A stretch of 64,000 nt of DNA, taken from assembly GCA_010093815.1 (NCBI GenBank), contig ML996571.1. One strand, written 5' to 3'. Below the pieces are notes generated by a model that was not told the origin of the DNA, searched no databases, and was given only the letters and a program-made list of their open reading frames with translations. The position numbers and the translations under genes are program-made. Below are positions 1-13,306 of this stretch, piece after piece. The stretch's first letter is position 1, and each line of letters starts with the position of its first letter. This stretch comes from Pseudovirgaria hyperparasitica (taxonomy: Eukaryota).

Positions 1-1000
1 GAGAGGGGGAGAGAGGAGAGGTGAAGCATAGAAAGCAGCAGGATTACTATAGTGTATGATTGATGTGCAGGACAATTGACCAATCAGAACGGCTGAAAGG
101 CTTCATGGTTGATGCACAGACAGCGGGCGGAAGCGACTCGCCAAACTCGCCAAAGTGGAACAGATGCAGCAAAAGCAGCCCAGAGTTCGGGCGAGTCGGG
201 GCGTCTTTGTCGTCTTTGTCGTCTTTGTCGCTCCCAATTGGCGGACACTCGGCGGGACTTGGGGGGGACTTGGGGGGCACTTGTCACTGATTCGGGGGGA
301 GGGGGGCAGCAGGGGGATGATGGCGATTGGGCACGCCACGAACGGCAAACATCCCTGTAGTCTTCTCTTGTCGGCGCTTAAACTCATGCACGCTTCATGC
401 ATCACAACCCATACACTTCAACACACTACTCGACATCCTCTCTCTCCACTTCATGCCCAGTCCCCCAGTTCGCATCCTCTCTACAATACCAAGCCTGCAC
501 ACTGTCAGCCATGCCTGTTTTCGTTAATCGCATATTCTGCTGCTTGCCCGTCTGCTCCTCCCCCCCCTCTCCTCCAATGAGCCCGCTCGAGCCATCTTCA
601 TTACGAGCCTTCTCTCTCTCTTCTTCTTCTTCGCATGAACTTCTACCCCATCTTACCGCTCTCATGACACTCGACGAGTATCGTCTCTCTACATCTGACA
701 CTCTCCACGCTGCTTCCGATCTACTCCACTGAGCCGCACCATCACTCACTCCGTCCTCCCCTATCGAGAAGCTTCATCTTATCTTGCACGCCAGAGAGCG
801 ATATAACCGTCCGCCGTTCCGCCCTGCCATACATACCGTTGCCCGAGCATGTTCCTGAGATAGTCAAGCTGAGCCATTTCGCTGTGCGATTTCGCTCTAC
901 CCCGTGCTGAACATCGACTCTTTGATTGATCAAGAACCGCTGGCAACGGTCAATCGTCCTTTCTTTTTCACTTTCTCAAACCTCCATACCATACCACATC

Positions 1001-1491
1001 ATGGGCAAGCTGATCAAGAACCACTGGGCCCGGCTGATCGTCCTCACTGCCGCAGCGTGTAAGTCTAATTCCATTACACAGCTTCAAAGTACTGACGCAA
1101 TCCTCCCCCAGACCAAGTCGCCGCCTCAATAGAAGGCTTCTTCTGGCCCAAGATCTTCTGGGACTTTCTCACCAAGAACCTCGACGGCGCCGTCAAGCCC
1201 GTCCCCGCCCTCCAGATCCTCAATCTCGTGCTCGGCCTCTTCGCGCTCGCCTTTGAGTGGCCCATCAGGCCCTTTGCCGGCACCACCATCCACCGCTCCA
1301 TCGAGGCCCGCCTCGTCATCTATCCGCTCTCCGCCCTCTGCTGCCTGCTCATGTACCAGTCCACCAACCCGGGAATCTACTACACCATTGCCATGGGTGT
1401 CTACTTCTGGGCCTACAGTGAGGGCGAGATTGTCTGTCCGGAGCCGTGGACGCTGCCGAAGCGTAGCGCGCGCGGGCCCGTCAAGGTCTGA
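1001..1491 (+). CDS. noxD: NADPH oxidase partner subunit NoxD / Pro41 / HAM-6 (p22phox equivalent), 2 exons
   Basis: ATG at 1001. Removing intron 1059-1111 (GTAAGT..CTGAC..CAG) gives MGKLIKNHWARLIVLTAAAYQVAASIEGFFWPKIFWDFLTKNLDGAVKP...YFWAYSEGEIVCPEPWTLP, which I recognise as the conserved Pro41/NoxD sequence. Confidence 0.92.
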
Positions 1492-2439
1492 TATCCGCCG
1501 GGCCTGCATGCCCATCAATCTTTTTTTGGCGATTTATTACTCATTTCATTCATCTTGCATGGGGGGGCGCGCGGCGAGAGGCATGTTGAGCGCACGCACA
1601 CACGAAACGAAGCATTTAGAAGAGCGTTTAGATACCATTTTTCCTTGTGTCTGGTCCGGCATAGCGATTGGCGTTTTGGAAGTACCCTTGAGAGAAGGAG
1701 ACCTGACTGTTGATTGCACGGTTGGATGTCAGAGATGCGAATATGGGATATTGGGATATTGGGATATTGAATAGGAACGGTGGACTCTGGGATATAACGG
1801 GACCTATAGCGTGTATAGGACAGGCATTGTAGCTGGTGCTGGTGCTGTAATTACCTGCCCTGCCTAGCTGGCTAGCTAGCTACGGACTACATAATGGACG
1901 AAAATTCTACGACCCGAGACATGTCTCCGCACTACCCCTCCTTTTTGCCCGGAGCGCCGAACACCTATAAGCTCTGTATTAAGCTCTAATATAAGCTGCC
2001 TACCTACTTTATTCTCCTAGTCGAGTCGTACGGCATGAGACATGCTGCACACGCAGTAGTAATTCACATGTAACCTGGAACACATACATATTTATGTCTA
2101 TACAGTATACATCTATTATCTATACAGTATACAGCATCCAGTATCAACACCCAGTCCTTACACCATCCAACATGCACTAGAAGCAAGCTGGCCTACAGTA
2201 CACACCGAACCCCCAGTCCGTACCTCGATTTCGCGAACCAGCCACTACTACAGCTACAGCTACAGCTACCACACCACCCTTGTATCCAGCCACCCCCCAA
2301 CAAACCCTGTAAACTACTTGCTTCCTAGACACATCCTTGCATCTCCATCCATCCATCCTTGCACATCGTAACTAATTACTGTAGAATCTAAAGCAAGGCA
2401 CACAAACTAGTTGCACACTGTAGATCGGGATTGCTGTGC

Positions 2440-2440
<1 letters not shown>

Positions 2441-2476
<36 letters not shown>
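2441..2476. repeat. (GCAA)9 microsatellite
   Basis: Perfect tandem GCAA units read directly. Confidence 0.95.
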
Positions 2477-2479
<3 letters not shown>

Positions 2480-3418
2480 CATCGGATCTGCGTGTTGTCC
2501 TTTGTTCTTTGTTCTTTGTTTCTTTTTGGCGGGGTGGCGTGGATTGTCTTGTCTTTATACTGTTTTGGGGTTTGTGTTGTCTCATTTCCAATGGCGCGAC
2601 TACTACATGCATTCATACAGTACGTAGACATGCGCGCACACATACACATACGCGCGCGCGCACACGCAGGAGGCGAGATGGTAGACAAAGACGAGCAGAT
2701 GATTAGATGTGGATTATATCCGATGACAGTGTTTTATTTTTAAATCTCCAACTTCATCTGAATTACATCTACTCTGTTTTTTTACATCTTTATTTATATC
2801 TTCATTCTTTACTTAAGCTTGGTTTCTTTATTCTTTTACTTGAATGCGAAAATTCATCATTCTTTAATTTCGTATCTGTATTTCTATTTCTATTTTCTTT
2901 TTCTTTTCTTCTTTCTATTTTTTTTTTTCTCTTTTGTTCTGCTTGATTTCTTATTTTAGTAGTGGTGTTTTTCGTATTAGCATTTTCAACAGTGCCATTT
3001 TTCGTATTTGCGCCGTGAGTAAGAAGAGTTGCGCACTGTCGCGACGCTTTGTACCCTGCGCTTGGTTGTTGTTGCTGTTGTTGTTATTGTTGAATACATC
3101 CATGCCAGAGAGAGCCCGAGCCACATGTCCAGAATGGATGCACTCTATCCATCCATCCATCCACCCACCCATCCATCCATCCATCCACCAACGACAAAGG
3201 CGACTACTCAAACAATTGCAAGGGATCCCCTCCATCCAATTCTCCATCCAAGGCGGCAAGCAAGGATCCTGACCTCCCTTGGTCTCTGTCTAGCCGCCCC
3301 GCTGCCCGCTGCCCGCCCGGCCGCGAGCGAGAGCTGGGTGCGTGGTGTTGGGTGCGTTGCATGCCTGGTGCGCGGGCCGTGGGTGCGTGGGTGCGTGGGT
3401 GCGTGGGTGGGTATGTAC

Positions 3419-3604
3419 TGTGCTGTGCTGTATTGTGCTGTGCTGTGCTGTGCTGTGCTGTGCTGTGCTGTGCTGTGCTGTGCTGTGCTGTGCTGTNNNN
3501 NNNNNNNNNNNNNNNNNNNNNNNNNNNNNNNNNNNNNNNNNTGTGCTGTGCTGTGCTGTGCTGTGCTGTGCTGTGCTGTGCTGTGCTGTGCTGTGCTGTG
3601 CTGT
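3419..3604. repeat. (TGTGC)n pentanucleotide microsatellite spanning an assembly gap (N run 3497-3541)
   Basis: Tandem TGTGC on both sides of the N run. True length is unknown. Confidence 0.95.
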
Positions 3605-3971
3605 ACACGACGTGACGTGCCTTGGCTTGGTTATGGATAGCTAGCTAGGAAGTGTGGATGCGTTTGTGCTAATTATATACATAGAGAGCAATGCATACGC
3701 ACTGAGCAATGCAGGTACGGATATACACACACACATACACACCCGCCAAAAGCCGATCAACATGCAGGGTCGTATATCGATATACACTGTAGAGTAGAAT
3801 ATATAGATAGCCAAGACACACTTCTCAGACACAGGCTAGGACTTACCCGCCTGCTCTAAGCCTAGTGCTCGCGGGTAAGTAAGCAAATAAGCACACATCC
3901 AATGAACCGAGTGTGTGTGCTATGTGGCTGTGCATTTCCATACACGAAAATGCGGCTGATGATAGTGATGC

Positions 3972-4102
3972 CAGACAGACAGACAGACAGGGAAACGAAC
4001 AAACGAACAGACAAGGCTAGCAGGCAGGACGTATCGATGCGTGCGAGGCGAGTGTATATGAGACAGCCAGACAGACAGACAGACAGACAAGACAGACAGA
4101 CA
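3972..4102. repeat. Interrupted (CAGA)n microsatellite tracts
   Basis: CAGA runs at ~3972-3989 and ~4060-4102. Confidence 0.8.
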
Positions 4103-4873
4103 GCCAGGAAGACAAGCAGGCAAGCAGGCAAACCGGCGCATCTGCGCAGATCCGATCTGAGCGCATGGTAAGCCGTAAGGCTGGCCTGGCCTCGATGCGT
4201 TGCATTTGCATTTGCATGGTAATTATATACGTGAGACTTGCAGTGCGAGATACAATATACTAAGACATTAAATCAATCAATCAACCAGACCTTAGCCGCC
4301 GAAATGTATATCCATCCATCCATCCACAGCCTTGTCAACTCGGCGGCGCTTTGGAGAGCAAAGTCCGTGCGTACGTACGCTCACAACATATCCTGCCATC
4401 GAATCGTATGGTGCAGTGCCAGGCCATGTTTTATCTGGCGCGCGAAGATCAAAAATGGTGCATGCGAGAATAGTGAGTGACTCTGTTGTGTCATTTCCAA
4501 GTCTGTCTGTACGTATGCTCTGAATTACCGACTACCCCCCCTTGTACAAACATGGGGGTCAAGGGTATTGCTTCATCGATCAAGGCTGGAGTAGAAAATA
4601 ACAACAACAGCAAGGCAAATAAAGGCAAAAGGCAGCTTGCTTGAACCGATTGATTCGGCCCCCTCCCCCTCGTGCAAGAAAAGGCAGGTAGATAAATGAA
4701 TAAACCTGGATTAGCAGGCAGGCAGGCAGGCAGGCCCCAACCCACAAACGCCGTCGCAGCCCCCCAATAATGACCTCAGAAACGCCGGCAAAAAAGATCG
4801 TGTTGCCCCATCTGACATCCCGAAGGAATGCTAATCACTCCCCCCCCCAAACCAAGCACAGCCGTCCTCGAGA

Positions 4874-6227
4874 CTAGAACCGACACGTCAAGGCCTCCCT
4901 CGGTATGCTCTCGCCCGGACAGTACGGGCACTTGAACTTCTGCCCCTTGCTGATAGCATCCATCGACGTCTTCAGAATGACATGCCCGCACGGCATCATC
5001 TTTGGCGGATTCTCGTCCGTGGCCTGCTCCTTGCTGACGGGACACACGAAGATGGAGTGGAAGTGATAGGATGGCGGCAGGGGAATCTCAATCGGCATTT
5101 CCTCCTCCGTCGTCCACTCCGTCCGCTTCTCGCGCATGATGTTCTGCAGCTTGAGCAGGCGTGGTAGCGCGATCGTGCCTGCCGTCACGGCAATGTACAG
5201 CGGCGAATCTGCCGACAGGCCGATGAGAGAGCAAAACTCCCGCGTAAAGGACGTCGCCACCTCCTCCCACGCCGTCTCGTTGAAGAACAGGCTCATGTAG
5301 GGGGAGTCGTAGAGGTTCTCGTTGAACGCGAGCGCGCCGAGCAGTTGTTGCAGCTCTCGGGCGTAGCGTCTGTGGAAGTGTTTGAACTCCTGGTTTGCAT
5401 AGGCAAAGGCGCCAAGCGGCCCGCCCGTCTGGCCCAGCTCGCGGAGGTTCCAGGCTTCGTTCTTGTAGAGGCATACGTATTGAAGCCTGCACAGCTCCCA
5501 CTCGAGATTGCTCCCTCGCGTCTCGAGGGTCTCGCGGTTCTGTCGTGCCCACGCGATTGCGGGTGTGAGGTTCCGTCGTGTGCGCAGCTCGCGCAGAATG
5601 TGATACATGTCTGAGAACTGTTGCTCCAGCTCTTTTGCGTTGAAGTTCTCCGTCACCTTCCTCTTATCTTCTCCTTGTGCTGCATATGGGTCTGGGGTGC
5701 CTGGGGTGGGTTCGGGTGCTCGAGGGTGTGCTTCGGCCTCTTCCATGAATGTTGCTGCGACGGAGAACTGTCCTTCCCGGAGGAGATGCATCGAGATGGC
5801 CTGGTTGATCAAGTGTGGATGTGACGCCAAAGCATCGCCGTCGGGGTCCATGTATAACTTGCCTGTGAATTTCTACAAGCTCTTTAGCGGTCATTCTGCT
5901 CCAGCCTGAAGAAGCGTTCATACCTTGTCTAGAGCTTTCGAGTAGCTGTTTTGAGCTTTATATATCTCCGTAAGATCGCTGTTCACCTTGTCATTGAGCA
6001 GCTTGGTGGGTTTCTGAAGCTTCTCGAGAGCCTTTGGCGAAGGACTTGGGTCTGGGATCACAACGTTAGCCAACCACTCCATGCACTCAGGCAAGAAAAC
6101 ACCAACTCGCCACCAGCCCATCTCGAGCAGACTGGAGCAGCTCGATGGTTCGTTGTACATCCTCGATGGTCTTTGCCAGGTTGCCGCGCTTTTCGAGCTT
6201 CGCATGCTCCTCGAGCAGCGCCTCCAT
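4874..6227 (-). CDS. RMD5: GID/CTLH complex RING E3 ligase subunit Rmd5/Gid2, 3 exons
   Basis: Starts MEALLEEHAKLEK. LisH-like LINQAISMHLLREGQFSVAATF, CTLH-like AIAWARQNRETLETRGSNLEWEL, and C-terminal degenerate RING FHSIFVCPVSKEQ...MMPCGHV...FKCPYCP. Confidence 0.92.
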
Positions 6228-6727
6228 CGATGAAACGTCCATCTGTATATAGAGCTATCAGGCCTCGAATGAATCTGATGAGAGCGAACGTGCATGCAGC
6301 GTTTTCCACTTCAACTTCGAGCCAGCACGAGCCGTGGCCATGATTCACACGAGTTATGTGGTGGAAGGAAGAACAGGCGTACGCCTGTGAGTGTGCCTTG
6401 GTCGACGTTGGCGGCGGGGAACACTTCGGTTGTTAACGTGTTGCGGACCTCCGAGACTCGCCGCCTGATTCATGACCCTTTGAGCTCCTTGGTAGGACGT
6501 CATACGACACCTCGACACCAAGACGTCTGCGCGATACCTACTCCAGGCAGTAGGAGTTGTCTTACCTCCTATTCTCATCTTGCAGATTCTCCAGATCTTG
6601 CATGACAGGCACACCCACGACCGTCGTCCCACTGATCGCGAGCATGACCGGCAAGCTTGCAGTGTCAATGCTTGGACCTTTGCCAGACAAGTCGATTGCA
6701 TGAAGTCCGAACGGCCACCTGGCAAGA

Positions 6728-9388
6728 ATGAGCACGACTGAGGCCCATATGACGGGTGCAGCCCATTCAGGCTCTATGGATATCGACTCAGAGCGTCAAG
6801 TCCCGCCAATTCGCACGTCCATGTCTCGAGATAACAACCCTCGGTCTGCCAATACAGACACCTCTCTTGGGACCCCGGCTTCAGGTTCCAGTCACAAAAC
6901 GGCACACAAGCGTTATGTGTTCGCTGATCCAGTGGCTTTCAGGTGAAGAGTCACGTCGTGGTCTACGAATCCAAGTCGAGCTAATAATTCCCATAGCTAT
7001 CTCGCCGATGATCACTCCAACACCGTCCTCGCACGCCGAACCGTCCTGGAGGGCTATGAAGTATACATTGTAGAGCAATGGGCGTGTTCCCGCTCTCATC
7101 CTAGCTTCACCATCACGACATTCACCGGCGACCCTGTTCACAAAATCAGAGTGAATGTCTTGGGCGTGCCTTCAAATGAAGAGGCGTGGTCGCCCCAGTT
7201 GAAGATATACGACAAGGCACTGCGTAAATATCATGCTCGAGAGAAAGTCACACCCCTCGGCACGCTGATGGTCACAAACCTGAGCGGCTTCCCATCGTCC
7301 CTGTCGATGATACACGTACCAGATGGAGACTTGTACATGAATAAGGAGATATTCGTCGTAAACGAGAACTTGAAAAGACTGGGATGCTCCGGGCGTGCAG
7401 GGCTCAAGTTGACTACACCGACTCCTGCAACCCAGGCAAAGTTCCATCAGCTCTACAGGACGAGCGAGAAAGTACCATTGAACAGTTCTGTCATCGAGCT
7501 AGTCAAACTCTGCCAAGTGGCTCTTTTTGTCTTTGGCACATTACGCGCGGACTATGTGGATGGACTGCTGTGCGACATGACCGAGAGAGCTATCAATGAT
7601 TGGTGGATCAAGCTGGGGACAGAGTATTACAACATGGAGCCCAGTGATGGTATGCTAGGTCCAAGCACAGTGGCTGGACTCTTGGGCATGCTTATGGGTG
7701 CGAGGAACCGGCTCCACGCCTATGGCGCACCTGTACCAAAAGACGTGTTTGACGTAGAATCAACAAAACGAGGAATCGCTTACTTCCAGAAATCACAACG
7801 GATAGACAAGACACGGCGGCTAGATCACAATACTCTGGAGCGTCTCCAGCGGGCTACAGCAAAAGCAGCAAACGGCGAGGGATGGGCAATGCCACGTGCC
7901 GTCAAATCGACAGTCGCAGAATTGAGTGGTAAAGGCGGCGAGATGGTCATGGAAATGGTTGGCGCACGTGACAAGCCCGGTATCTCAGAGATTGAGACAG
8001 TCGACATTGATACATTTGTGGACCTGGTGTACGGAGAACGACCGAAATGGCTATGGCACGGAAAGCCAAGAAAGTCACCTGGAGCAGATATGTTTAGTCG
8101 CCTTCCTGGAGACGAAGGCATGGCATTCCAGAAAGATGATCAAGGCGAATACAAGTGGTCGAACAGACAGAGAGACAGTGCCAAAGAAGATGGTCAAGAT
8201 CAGAGGCATTCGACAGAGGCGTCTAGACCGTTGTCGAGAGCAAATACAGGAGCAGAAGACGAAAAGGAATCGACTCGACGAGCGGTATTGAGACGTGCGA
8301 CTGGTCGAAACATAGATGGAAGAAGCGGATTCGACAGGATCAAAGACGTTGTGGGCGGCCGAAAACATCAAACAAAAGCGTCCAGGGATGAGCATAACAT
8401 GCGCCATGCCATGGATGATCAAGAGCCTTTTGAGACCCCCGAAGCTCGGGTCGAAGAATCAGTTGAGCCAACATTCACCAAAGTCATGACAGAGACACCA
8501 CCACCACAGGAATACCAGGCACCACGCTTTATGCCACCTGCCGTAAACCCTCACCGTGACCAGCAACCTGAGGTTGGTGCGTCTCTGCCGCCCAGAGATC
8601 ACGGCGGGTCCGGGACTGTCACCGCAGAGAGCTCTATTGCTGGATCCATGTACAAGGGAATCGAATTAGACGGAGGCCTACAGCCAGACCAAGGCCTTCA
8701 TGATGGAGTTGGTATCACACTACGCCGAACGCAAAGCTTTATACATCCCCAGATAGCTGATCATGGGATTCGTCATGATGGATGGTGGCCGCGACATATG
8801 TCATTCAGCCTTGCCGAAGAGAGTGTGCTCACGTGGAACTCACTGATTGAATTTACAGATGACCCAAAGCCTAGCAATCCCACTGAAGCAATGAGCGTGG
8901 AAGTACTCAAAGCTACGGATGCACGAAGAACGAGGGCAAAACTGAAGTTTCTCGCTGAAGATGTCGGCAGTTGGGTGGAACGAAATCTTTTGGACGTGCG
9001 AAAGCTGGACGAACAGGCGTACAACGATCAGTCGGAGCTTGAGGAGCTCTACTATCCTCAGCTGGATGAGTATCACGCCTTACGGCAGGACACGCAAGAT
9101 GTGCTCACACGTGAGAGAATGCGGCTAAAAGATACGACGGCAGACGTCGAGCAGCTTGGTGAGCAGCTTGGATACGAGATCGACCAGCTGAAGAGCAAGA
9201 TCGAAGATGTCGAGGACAGCGTTGGAGAGTTTGAACGGCAGGTTCGCGACGTTGAGAGTCGTGTGATGGAGTTGGAGGAACTTACTAAAGAACGAGAAGG
9301 CTGGACGCACTGGGCTCTCCGTTGCTTAATTGGGATTGGAAAGGACCCGGCACTGCAAGAGGATGTTGATAGGCCGAAGCAGATCTGA
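6728..9388 (+). CDS. Stb2/Stb6-like Sin3-binding protein, 2 exons
   Basis: FADPVAFR|YL...LEGYEVYIVEQWACSR and GTLMVTNLSGFPSSL, NENLKRLGCSGR, DGLLCD motifs. C-terminal coiled coil. One intron near 6943-6997. Confidence 0.82.
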
Positions 9389-11598
9389 ATTTTGCATGAT
9401 ACCCGTAGAGATTTAATGCATACATGTCTCTGAGCTTTGCGTATCGTTCAGGATGGTCTCTGCTTTGTAGTCCCACCTTGGAGCGTAAGACGCTGACAAC
9501 ATCAGCAAACAAATACGACTAAACCCTCGATCTTTCTTTCGCTGAAACAAAAGAAGCATACTATAACGATGAGTGCGGTGGGAAGAATACTTTCGGTTGA
9601 CATGAGCCCACAGCTGTGAGAGTTACAACACCATCTTGTGACCAGCGGTGGGACTCGTGGAGTATCTGAAAATGATACGAAACGTAGTGTACCAAGTGGT
9701 CAAATCCATGTATACGACCACCGATGCAGCACCCGATAGCGCTAGTAGACTTCGAAAGTCCCGGGATATACCTCGGAGCTAATGAAGAATATTTGCCAGA
9801 GATTCCTCCGCAAGATCCATACAGTCACAGGAAGTCAGACTTTTCCCCGAATACATGTCATGACGACGTATGCGGTATTGTTATAGAGAAATTTGCATCA
9901 GCTACTGTACAGCCACCGAATTCAATATATCGAGGTCGATGTGTCGCGTCGTATGATATAATTCTTGCTCTCTAGCCAGCCACCTCGATAGTAACTCTGC
10001 GTGAATCGCAAGGCGCAACATATTGTGAGCTAGTGCATGAAAGTTCCTGTCATTGGCCGTCAAGTCCTAGTGGGCTGACGCGATGATTACCAAAGTTCTC
10101 TCTATGGGGTGCCAACATGCGTGAAAGAATTCTCCACGATGGCTACATTCGGATAAGGGAGGAGGACTGCTAGAGCAATTCATTCGTCCCGTCAGTTCAC
10201 AGTGACATGCCGGAGACAACAGGCAGGTCCGATCTCGGGTGAAGATTTTCCATGGCCGTACAAGTCCTTGACGAGGGTTCCTAGGTATCTTGAATCAAAA
10301 AGGGTCTATGGCAATGTACGTCTTTTGACGTGATCTACATTCGCTTCGCAAGGAAGAGCTTCTGAGCAGGCCGTTTGCCATGTCAAGACTCATAGGACGT
10401 TGAGCGGAGGTTGCGGGTAGTCTGCAAATAGTGTCAGATTTGTTCCGTCGAGTGGCGCATCGTCCTTGATAGCGTCTAGCATGTTCTCCATAATACTTCC
10501 GATGACTGAAGGTTGATCTTCAGGCAAAGTTTAGATAATTAAGGGTTTCAACAGCCAAGCTGACGTGGATAGTTGAGACGGGTCCTGACTAAGCAGCCCT
10601 ATGGTACTCAGACTCAGGCTAACTCCACACGCAGACTCTTCTCGTCTCTAAGAACATTGGTTTTTCTAGAACAAATCTCTGTTTCTCAAGATGAAACTTG
10701 CTAGTTTATTAAGAGCTTGGAAGATGGTCCCAGAACGGAAGTAGTCCGCTCATAAAGCAAAACGTTGTTGGTCGCAAGCAGTTTCTTTTGACGTCACTGA
10801 AATGATCTCCGACTCCCTGATGGGTCTCAGCCATGGATCTGGACATCGCGACTCCACTCTCGCTATCCAGAGACGTGGCCAGTGGATCCGTTTCGATTGC
10901 GCCGCACTCGAAAAAAGACCGAACGATTCAATCTGTCCCAGATTCCCAGCCACCGTGGTTTTGTGTGGAGAGATCGCTCCTTGGCAAACAGGGAGAACCC
11001 TTCTACAGAGTCACGTGCAAGGGAATTACGACCAACTTCACAAATCATTTGCCGTACCCTCCGCAAATTCGTTACTATGGTTCCAGTTTCAGTGCAGAAC
11101 CCTTCCGTAACATTCTTCTCATGCTCGTCTCTCAGTCATTATTTGTGGACTTCGGTGTCAGTAAGGGGGCCATGCACCAACACTGCCTACGCTCAGCCTT
11201 TCACTGTTCTTTTTCTTTTTTATTTCCGTCCATGCACATCTCTGCCATGGTCCATCCTAGCTCGTACCTTTTCTTCGTACCATCCGTTGATGTTGAACCA
11301 TGTAAGCCAATCGGCGCTGTACGCATGGACGGCTCGCTGAATGCTCGTATGATGATGATCTCGAACTGTAAGGATTGGTCCCAGTACGCCTTGGCCTTAA
11401 CCTGCCACTGCAATGACGAAAGAGATGAGAACAGCCGCCGTAATTTCTGATCCCTTATAAGTCATATCGTAGTCCATTGATGAGCTTAATAACGATCAGC
11501 ATACTACTCTGCTATAAGACTGATTGGCCCTTACTTTGTTCCCCAAGCAACAACACAAGACTGAATCAAAGCTGTCTTACCAAAGCTATCAAACTCCA

Positions 11599-13306
11599 AT
11601 GGCAGCACCAGGAGCTCATAGCGCTTTTCCCAATGTCACAGATACCCCAACACAGAGGGGCCAACACCGCCCCTCAGAAGTCAACGCTCCTTCTGTTGAT
11701 CTAGGCGCAGAGGACAACGAACACATAGCAGGACCTCATGTCTATACTCATTCGCCTTTCAATCAACAGGCTCCCGAAGCCCCTCCCACAACACTGCCAC
11801 CGCCTCCGCCAGACTCTGCAGCTAACACTCCAGTGCCAACACGCAGTGGGCGACGTTCACAGCCACCAGAGGTCCCTCGGTGGCACGGGTATCCGACCAA
11901 CAGCCCTCATCCATACCGGCAAAATTCATTTCAACCGCCCCCTAGGCTATATGGCAGGTATTCGTACGATCCTTATCAACAGGAAGAACAGTACTGGGAC
12001 CAAGATGTTTACTACGGCGGGCCTCCGAGCCAACAGGCCCCAGGCCCTTATCAACGTCGAACTACAGGTTCGACAATCCGTGGTCCGCCCCCAATGCGAC
12101 ATCAAAACTCGCAGAAGATTAACAGGGAAGACTCCTACGACCAGGCTTCCTTGAACGAATATAACCAACAGGAAGCTGGTGGGACTACTCTCAGTCATGC
12201 TCACTTCACGGAGCACCTAAAGAACGCTCCGCCAAAGGAAGTCTTGAGGCTACCTTGGACCATGTGGATGAACAGCAACGCAAAGAACCGTGAGTACCTC
12301 GAGGCGTCCTGACATGGTCCCTTGCTAATCGCGCAAGATTTTGTCGCAACCGTTGGAGAGTTTGTTGGAACATTCATGTTCTTATTCTTCGCTTTTTCTG
12401 GTACCCAAGTCGCCAACGTTGGATCGCAAGGCAGCAATGACAGCAATACTACCACGAATGATTCCACTGGGTTCAGCCCTATCGTACTGCTGTACATCTC
12501 CCTGGTCTTCTCTTTCTCGTTACTTGTAAACGTCTGGGTGTTCTTCCGTGTATCTGGCGGTCTCTTCAACCCTGCGGTAAGTACAGGTTCCACACTCGTC
12601 GATGTCGTGCGTTTACTGACTCGGCCCAGGTGACCCTAGCCATGCTGCTTACTCGCACCATCACACTCACACGAGCTGGTTTACTTCTTGTTGCGCAGTT
12701 AGCTGGCTCGATCTTTGCCTCGTACATTGTCTCGGTCCTGTTTCCAACACAATTCAACGTCCGGACTACGCTCTCACCGAGCACGTCTTTAGTTCGTGGT
12801 GTATTCATCGAAGCTGTATTGACTGCTGAGCTTGTGTTCACAATCTTCATGCTCGCGAAAGAGAAGCACAAGGCCACTTTCATTGCGCCTGTAGGCATTG
12901 GTCTCTCACTGTTCATTGGAGAGCTTGTTGGCGTATACTACACCGGAGGGTCGTTGAACCCTGCGCGAAGCTTCGGTCCGTGCGTTGTTACCGCCACGTT
13001 CGACAAGGAACACTGGATATACTGTAAGCTGCTCTGGTGACTCAAGCATGCAGACATGATACTAATGGCGTTGCAGGGGTTGGCCCGGGCATCGGCGCAT
13101 TACTTGCCATTGTTTTCTATCAATTCATCAAAGTACTCGAGTATGAAGTCGCCAACCCTGGCCAGGATTCGGCCAGTGTCCACGAAGAGGCTCAGAACGA
13201 TTTGGAAGCAGGACTCCAAAATGGGAACACGGCACATAATACACCGGCCAAGTCCTTGAAAGAAACTAGTCCCAAACCAGCTGGCACTTCTCAGAAGTCG
13301 CCATAA
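11599..13306 (+). CDS. Aquaporin (MIP family) with long Pro/Gln-rich N-terminal extension, 4 exons
   Basis: NHFVATVGEFVGTFMFLFFAF, two NPA boxes (SGGLFNPAV; TGGSLNPARSFGP) and HWIYWVGP across intron 3. Confidence 0.93.

Noticed and set aside
2388..4217. ORFs with CCAVL, QASK and DRQT repeats
   Set aside because: These are translations of microsatellites, some running through the N gap.
10833..11450. 205-aa ORF upstream of the aquaporin
   Set aside because: No codon bias or family motif, and it overlaps other equally weak ORFs in a probable promoter region.
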